Shown here in pieces: positions 17,582 through 22,841 of a stretch of DNA of 22,841 nucleotides. The translations under genes were made by a program, and so were the position numbers. This DNA is from Kofleriaceae bacterium (lineage in GTDB: Bacteria > Myxococcota_A > Polyangia > Haliangiales > Haliangiaceae). The notes under the pieces are model-generated. The model was not told the origin of the DNA. It was given only the letters and a program-made list of their open reading frames with translations, and did not search any database. Numbering within the stretch: position 1 is the first letter of the stretch; each line of letters opens with the position of its first letter. The stretch lies in contig JBKJLC010000259.1 of NCBI GenBank assembly GCA_046597055.1, positions 1-22,841 of the forward strand. Reading direction: 5' to 3'.

Positions 17582-19057
17582 CTATGGAGTACGGTCTCTC
17601 AGCGCCGACCCCGGCGCCCAGCACGCGTGGGTGCCGTGGCAGACCCGCTCCGGCAGCGCGAGCCGCGTCACCGGCCCGTCGGCGATCCGGGCCGCGTCGA
17701 ACAGCCAGACCTCGCTGGCGTCGCGCTTCAGGTCGGTGGTGATCGTCACCACCCAGCCGTCGTCCTCGGCGGTGCCGTCCGGGCGCGGCGCCATCTGGCC
17801 CTCGCTCAGATACACGCCGTCATCGCACTGGAAGCGCTGGCGGTCGCCGCCGTCGACGTCGAGGCGGGCGATGCCGTCGAACAGGAACCAGCCCGGCTTC
17901 GCGGTCATCGCCCAGGCGTGGCGATGCCGGCGGCCGGCGACCCGGCCGTTCACCGCCGGGAACTCGGTGATGTCGTCGCCGAGCGACGCCTCGCGGGTGC
18001 GCCCGGTGCGCAGGTCGAAGCGCCAGCGGTGCGGCCGGGTGCCCATCGCCTGCAGGTCGACCATCTTCTTGAGCGGACCCCAGGGACCGTCGGCCGGATC
18101 TGGCCGCGGCATCGGGTCGGCCTGGCGATAGCCGTCGAGCACGATCTCGTCGCCGTCCTCGTAGGCATTGATGAAGTGCAGCACGTAGGTCGGCTCGGCC
18201 TCGAACCAGCGGACCTCGCTGGCCCCGCCGCGCCGCGGGAGGATCCCGAACCGCGACGGCAGCTCGCGGTAGAAGCGCGGTCGGTGGCCGCCCTGGGTCA
18301 GCAGCGCGGGATCCCAGAACAGCGGGAAGTCGTTCAGGATCGCGAAGTGCTCGGTGAACGCCATGTCGTGGGGCAGGCGCGGCCCTGGCAGCGGCACGTC
18401 GACGAGGTGCGCCAGCGCCCCGCCCGGATCGACCACGCCGTACTTCAGGTACGGCGCGTCCTTGGCATAGCTGAAGAACAGCAGCTCGCCGGTGTGCTCG
18501 TCGAGCTTGGGGTGCGCCGAGACTCCCCAGCCCGGCGGTGCCCACGGCGCGGTGCCCGCTGGCGCCAGGGTCTCGGCGTCATGCTGGTAGACGTCGCCAC
18601 ACTGATAGAACGTGGTGAGCGCGCGCCCGCCGTGCACGACGACGTCGGTCGACGACGCATCCTTCATGCGGCCGCGCGCGCCCCAGCCGTCGCGGACCGA
18701 CCGCGCCGGGGCCTCGATGATGCCCGCCCACTGCGGTGCGCCCGCGGCGAGCTCGGCGGCGAGGCCGGCGGTGCGCACCATGCGGTTGCGGTAGCGCGTG
18801 CGCCCGCCCGCGAACCGGACCGCGTGCAGCATGCCGTCGCCGTCGAACGGGTGGTAGCGCCCGATGCTGGGCAAGAGCGGGTTCTCGGTGTTGCGCAGGT
18901 ACACGCCGTCGAGCTCGGCCGGCACCGCGCCGGCCAGGACCTCGAGATCGTCGGCGTCGTACTCGACCGTGTTGGGCCGCCAGGCCCCGGTGCGGTAAGG
19001 ATGATCGTCGTCGGCGGGCAGGCTCGACGTCCAGCGGTGATGCTCGGTGACCTTCAT
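17582..19057 (-). CDS. Carotenoid cleavage oxygenase / RPE65 / lignostilbene dioxygenase family
   Basis: VPAELDGVYLRN, HPFDGDGM and four Fe-binding His (SAHPK, LPHDM, VLHFIN, GTHACW), plus EFP and EDDGW. Start ATG 19057 overlaps the upstream thiolase stop (ATGA). Confidence 0.95.
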   Translation of the reverse strand: MKVTEHHRWTSSLPADDDHPYRTGAWRPNTVEYDADDLEVLAGAVPAELDGVYLRNTENPLLPSIGRYHPFDGDGMLHAVRFAGGRTRYRNRMVRTAGLAAELAAGAPQWAGIIEAPARSVRDGWGARGRMKDASSTDVVVHGGRALTTFYQCGDVYQHDAETLAPAGTAPWAPPGWGVSAHPKLDEHTGELLFFSYAKDAPYLKYGVVDPGGALAHLVDVPLPGPRLPHDMAFTEHFAILNDFPLFWDPALLTQGGHRPRFYRELPSRFGILPRRGGASEVRWFEAEPTYVLHFINAYEDGDEIVLDGYRQADPMPRPDPADGPWGPLKKMVDLQAMGTRPHRWRFDLRTGRTREASLGDDITEFPAVNGRVAGRRHRHAWAMTAKPGWFLFDGIARLDVDGGDRQRFQCDDGVYLSEGQMAPRPDGTAEDDGWVVTITTDLKRDASEVWLFDAARIADGPVTRLALPERVCHGTHACWAPGSALRDRTP

Positions 19058-20298
19058 GCGACCCCCACGACGAACGCGCACGCGGTGGTGCCGCTGCCGC
19101 CGATGTTGAGCGTGACGAACCGACGCGCGCCGTCGACCTGGTAGTCGCCGGCGGTGCCCTCGACCTGGCGGGCGGCGTCGAGCACCATCCGCACCCCCGA
19201 CGCGCCGACCGGATGGCCGGCGCCGATCAGCCCGCCTGACGGGTTGATCGGAAAGCGGCCGCCCATCACGGTGGCGCCATCCTCGATCGCGCGCCAGGCC
19301 TCGCCGGCCGCGGTGACCCCGAGGTGATCGATCGCCAGGTACTCGGTGACCGTGAAGCAGTCGTGGACCTCGGCGCCGGCCAGCTGGTCCGGGCCGCTCA
19401 CGCCGGCCCGGCGATACGCGTCGGTGATCGCCTCGCGCAGGTGCGGCAGCAGGTAGGGCGCACCCTCCGCGCGGGTCAGCTTGGCGGCCAGCCCGAGCCC
19501 GGCGGTGCGGTGACCCCAGCCGTCGATGCGCGCCATGGCCTCGAACGACCGCCCGGTGCGCGCGGCGTGCGCGCGGGCGAACGCCGCGGTCGCGACCACC
19601 AGCGCCACCGCGCCGTCGGTGATCTGGCCGCAGTCGAGCCGGCGCAGCCGACCCTCGACGTGCGGGTTGCGCTCGTCGTCGGTCCAGCCGGCCCCGAACG
19701 CGTCGTCGGCGAAGCGCCATCCCCGGGCCTGCGCGCGCGGGTTGCGGCGCGCGTTGCCGAGGTTCTTGCCGGCGATCGCGGCCAGGTGATACCCGCTGAG
19801 CCCGCCGCGTCGATCGATCTCGTCGCCGATGAGGGCGAACATGTGCGGCCACAGGAAGCGCGCGCCGTCGCCCTCGTGGCCGGCCCACGCCGCGGTGCCC
19901 AGGTGACGGGCCGCGACCTCGCCCGGCACGTTGCGCTCCTGCTCGATGCCGAGCACCAGCGCGCAGTCGGCGCGGCCGGCCTCCAGCTCGGCGGTGGCCG
20001 CGAGCAGCGCGACCGAGCCCGACGCGCAGGCCGCCTCGTGACGGGCGGCGGGCACCCCCCAAAGCGCCGGTCGCACGGTGGCCGGCAAGGCGCCCAGCTG
20101 GGCCTGGCCGGCGAACAGCTCGCCGAACGCGTTGCCGACGTGGATCGCGCCGATCGCGGCGACGTCGACCTGGGCGGCGTCGAGCCCGCCATCGATCGCC
20201 TCGGCGGCGAGGGTGGTCAGCCCGCCGCCCTCGCGCGCGAGGTTGCGCGCGAAGTCAGTCTGGTAGCCGCCGAGGATGTAGACCGGGGTCGGGGGCAT
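19054..20298 (-). CDS. SCP2-type thiolase-like protein (acetyl-CoA acetyltransferase/lipid-transfer family)
   Basis: HEAACASG, EVHDCFT (HDCF signature of SCP2 thiolases), INPSGGLIGAGHPVGASG, TLNIGGS. Confidence 0.92.
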   Translation of the reverse strand: MPPTPVYILGGYQTDFARNLAREGGGLTTLAAEAIDGGLDAAQVDVAAIGAIHVGNAFGELFAGQAQLGALPATVRPALWGVPAARHEAACASGSVALLAATAELEAGRADCALVLGIEQERNVPGEVAARHLGTAAWAGHEGDGARFLWPHMFALIGDEIDRRGGLSGYHLAAIAGKNLGNARRNPRAQARGWRFADDAFGAGWTDDERNPHVEGRLRRLDCGQITDGAVALVVATAAFARAHAARTGRSFEAMARIDGWGHRTAGLGLAAKLTRAEGAPYLLPHLREAITDAYRRAGVSGPDQLAGAEVHDCFTVTEYLAIDHLGVTAAGEAWRAIEDGATVMGGRFPINPSGGLIGAGHPVGASGVRMVLDAARQVEGTAGDYQVDGARRFVTLNIGGSGTTACAFVVGVA

Positions 20299-20443
20299 CG
20301 CGACGACGATACCCGCGCCATCCTGGTGAGGCTACCGCCACTCGGCGCGGACCGAGAACCGGTGTGGCGGTGTCGGCCCTGCACGCGGTGGCTGGACGAG
20401 TTGCCAGTCGCCAGCGGCCGGACCAGAAGGTACCCTCGCTGCG

Positions 20444-20974
20444 ATGACGACCCGCGCCGATGTCCTCGCCCCGCTCCAGGTGCTCGACGAGCACGGCACC
20501 GAGGTGACCCTCGCGACCTTGTGGCGCGAGCGCACCGCGGTGCTGCCGCTGGTCCGCCACTTCGGTTGACTGTTCTGCCGCGAGCAAGTGGTGCAGTTGC
20601 ACCACGCCAATGACCAGATCGAGGCGACCGGCGCCCGGCTCCACGTGATCGGCAACGGCGCGCCGATGTTCATCGCGGGCTTCCGCGAGTCCACCGGCTT
20701 CCGCGGGCCGATCTACACCGACCCCAGCCTGGCGGTGTACCGCGCCGCCGAGATGCGGCGCGGCCTCGCCACCATCCTCCATCCGCGCGGGCTGCTCAAC
20801 GCGGCGCGGGCGGTGCGGGCCGGCTTCCGTCAGGGCCGGACCCAGGGTGACGCCACCCAGACCGGCGGCGTGCTCATCGTGACGCCGGCCGGCGAGATCG
20901 CGTACCAGTACACGTCACGCGCCGCCGGCGACCATCCGGCCACCAGCGAGATCCTCGCGGCGCTGGCCGCGTAG
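20444..20974 (+). CDS. Peroxiredoxin-like (AhpC-TSA_2 / SelL / PRXL2) selenoprotein, 176 aa, with Sec at in-frame TGA 20567-20569
   Basis: Translation from ATG 20444: MTTRADVLAPLQVLDEHGTEVTLATLWRERTAVLPLVRHFG*LFCREQVVQL...VIGNG...YTDPSLAVY...QGDATQTGGVLIV...GDHP. The TGA occupies the first Cys of the family RHxG-CxxC motif, and a SECIS-like hairpin follows. Confidence 0.88.
20588..20605 (+). promoter_or_regulatory. Bacterial SECIS-like stem-loop
   Basis: GTGGTGC-AGTT-GCACCAC: perfect 7-bp stem with a G/U-containing apical loop, starting 18 nt after the in-frame TGA. Confidence 0.75.
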
Positions 20975-20981
20975 CGGGGTC

Positions 20982-21016
20982 AGAGGGTGGGAAGCTTCGC
21001 TTCCCACCCTCTCTTT
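20982..21016 (+). terminator. Strong hairpin, probable intrinsic terminator between convergent genes
   Basis: AGAGGGTGGGAAGC-TTC-GCTTCCCACCCTCT (perfect 14-bp stem, 20982-21012) followed by CTTT, 7 nt after the stop at 20974. Confidence 0.7.
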
Positions 21017-21087
21017 CGATCGGTCGGCCGCGGCCCGGAGCCCGCGCCCGATCTGCACGGAACCCGAGCCGCCTCGCCGCGCTCGGC

Positions 21088-21927
21088 TCAGTGCGAGTCC
21101 TCGTCGATCCGGACGAGGACGAAGCCGGCGCCCTCTTTCTGCCAGTGATACGTGACGTGGTAGCCGCCGCCATGGCAGGTGCAGGTGAAACCCTTGCCCT
21201 TGGCGTCGACCGGATCGCAGGCCGGCGTGGTGTTGATGAAGCCGCAGCCCGGGGCATCGGCGAGCTTGCCAGCGGCCACGTCCTTGCGGCTCAGCCGCTG
21301 GGACTTCTTGCCGCCCTTGCCGTCCTCGGAGGCCCAGGTCGCGTTCCATACCAGCTTGCCTTTGGCCGGCACCAGACTGGCCAGGACCTTGGCGTCCTTG
21401 GCCGCCAGCGCGCCGAGGAAGCGCAGGTTCCACGACTGCTCGGTGCGCTTGCACTCGGTGCCCGCACAGCAGTCGTCGCCGAAGTCGACGACCTCGAAGG
21501 TGGGCGCCGCGCCCTCGTCCTGGATGATCGACAGCGTGCTCGGCCCTTCGCGGCACGCGCCGCCCGCCTCGACGTGACGGCGCAGCACCACCGACGCGCC
21601 GTTGGCGACGACCATGGTGTCGACCACCGCGACGTAGGCGGCCTGGTCCTTGGCCGTGATCAGCCACTCCCGGAACAGCGGGCGCCACCGCTCGTCGAGC
21701 TTGTCGTCGCCGGCCAGCGCCGGCGGTGGCGGCCTGGCCGGCTCGAGGATCTGCGCGGCGGTCGCGGGCGACGTCGGCTCGGTGGTGGCGGCCGGCGCGG
21801 TGCGGCCGCTCGGATCGGTGCCCGGGTCGGTGGGGTCGGTGTTGGGGTCGACCGGTTGCGTGCGCTGGCCGCCGCAGGCGATGGCCGCGGCGAGCAGCAG
21901 GGCCAGGGTCAGGGTCCGCTTCGTCAT
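21088..21927 (-). CDS. Cys-rich hypothetical lipoprotein
   Basis: MTKRTLTLALLLAAAIA-C-GG lipobox, a Pro/Thr-rich linker, then a domain with 8 further Cys. Start reassigned to ATG 21927. Confidence 0.8.
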   Translation of the reverse strand: MTKRTLTLALLLAAAIACGGQRTQPVDPNTDPTDPGTDPSGRTAPAATTEPTSPATAAQILEPARPPPPALAGDDKLDERWRPLFREWLITAKDQAAYVAVVDTMVVANGASVVLRRHVEAGGACREGPSTLSIIQDEGAAPTFEVVDFGDDCCAGTECKRTEQSWNLRFLGALAAKDAKVLASLVPAKGKLVWNATWASEDGKGGKKSQRLSRKDVAAGKLADAPGCGFINTTPACDPVDAKGKGFTCTCHGGGYHVTYHWQKEGAGFVLVRIDEDSH

Positions 21928-22023
21928 CCGCGCATGATCGAGCACCGGTCCCGCGCGATTCAAGCGACCGGCGGCCGATCCGCCGGCCTGACAGGCAGCG
22001 GTGATCGCCGGTACGCTCGGGCC

Positions 22024-22841
22024 ATGCCGCCGCTGACCCGGGCCGAGACCACCGCCTACGCCGAGACGTCGCGCCACGCCGACGTCATGAGCTTCCTCGC
22101 CGCGCTCGACGATCCGCGCCTGCACCGCACCTCGTTCGGCACCAGCCCGGAGGGTCGCGAGCTGCCGCTGCTGGTGCTGTCGACCCGCGGCGTGCGCACG
22201 CCGGCCGACGCCCGCCAGGTCGGGCGGCCGGTGGTGCTGGTCCAGAACGGGATCCACGCCGGCGAGGTCGAGGGCAAGGAGGCCAGCCTCATGCTCGTGC
22301 GCGATCTGCTCGGCGGCGCCCACGCCGATCTGCTCGACGCGATCACGCTGGTGGTCGTCCCGCTGTTCAACCCCGACGGCAACGACCGGATCGATCCGCG
22401 CAACCGCGCGCTCGACCTGCCCAGGCTGTCGGGCCAGCTCGGGCCGGCCAGCGGCGTCGGCACCCGCACCAACGCGTCCGGCATCAACCTCAACCGCGAC
22501 TACCTGCGCCAGGACGCGCCCGAGATGCAGCTCTTGCAGGCGCACGTGTTCCAGGCGTGGGCACCGGATCTCGCGATCGACTGCCACGCGACCAACGGCT
22601 CGGTCCACCGGTTCGATCTCACCTACGACGTCCCGCACACGATCGACAGCGGTCGGCCCGAGCCGATCGAGTGGATGCGCGACGTGTTCCTGCCCGAGGC
22701 GACCACGCGGGTGCGCGCCGCCAGCGGCCGCGAGACCTTCTTCTACGGCAACTTCGTCGAGGACGAGGGCGGCGCCGGCCAGGGCTGGATGACGTACACC
22801 CATCACCCGCGGTTCGGCGGCAACTACCGGGGCCTGACCGG
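22024..22841 (+). CDS. M14 family zinc carboxypeptidase (runs off the window end; absent from the ORF track)
   Basis: From ATG 22024: MPPLTRAETTAYAETSRHADV...GTSPEGRELP...QNGIHAGEVEGKEA (HxxE)...PLFNPDG...GINLNRD...IDCH. No stop before 22841. Confidence 0.93.
   Translation, partial: MPPLTRAETTAYAETSRHADVMSFLAALDDPRLHRTSFGTSPEGRELPLLVLSTRGVRTPADARQVGRPVVLVQNGIHAGEVEGKEASLMLVRDLLGGAHADLLDAITLVVVPLFNPDGNDRIDPRNRALDLPRLSGQLGPASGVGTRTNASGINLNRDYLRQDAPEMQLLQAHVFQAWAPDLAIDCHATNGSVHRFDLTYDVPHTIDSGRPEPIEWMRDVFLPEATTRVRAASGRETFFYGNFVEDEGGAGQGWMTYTHHPRFGGNYRGLT

Noticed and set aside
20567..20569. Reading the TGA as a pseudogene nonsense mutation or as genome-wide UGA reassignment
   Set aside because: It falls exactly on the redox Cys position with a SECIS-like hairpin downstream, and TGA serves as a normal stop in many other genes here (e.g. 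6170, 7328, 9070).

Overview
Very GC-rich bacterial DNA, densely coding, with about 21 genes. The style resembles Myxococcota (Ser/Thr kinase-like gene, sterol-desaturase-family gene, giant secreted RHS protein), but that assignment is inference. Left part: a ~1990-aa signal-peptide-bearing SpvB/FG-GAP/YD-RHS protein (a TcB+TcC-like fusion), then a small membrane-anchored ORF and an outer-membrane beta-barrel. Middle: a sterol-desaturase/membrane-protein/TetR unit with a palindromic operator, a Zn-dependent phospholipase C-like gene, BolA, a Zn-ribbon protein, YdeI/OmpD-associated, a DTW tRNA modifier, VOC plus AraC, patatin, a non-canonical thiolase and a probable pseudokinase. Right: a carotenoid-oxygenase/SCP2-type thiolase pair, a lipoprotein and a truncated M14 peptidase. 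The best hidden feature is at 20444-20974. The ORF track truncates it, but it reads as a peroxiredoxin-like (AhpC-TSA_2/SelL-type) gene with an in-frame TGA in a U-x-x-C redox motif, followed by a bacterial SECIS-like hairpin, i.e. a probable selenoprotein. Several genes also have promoter-like boxes directly abutting the start codon, suggesting leaderless mRNAs.
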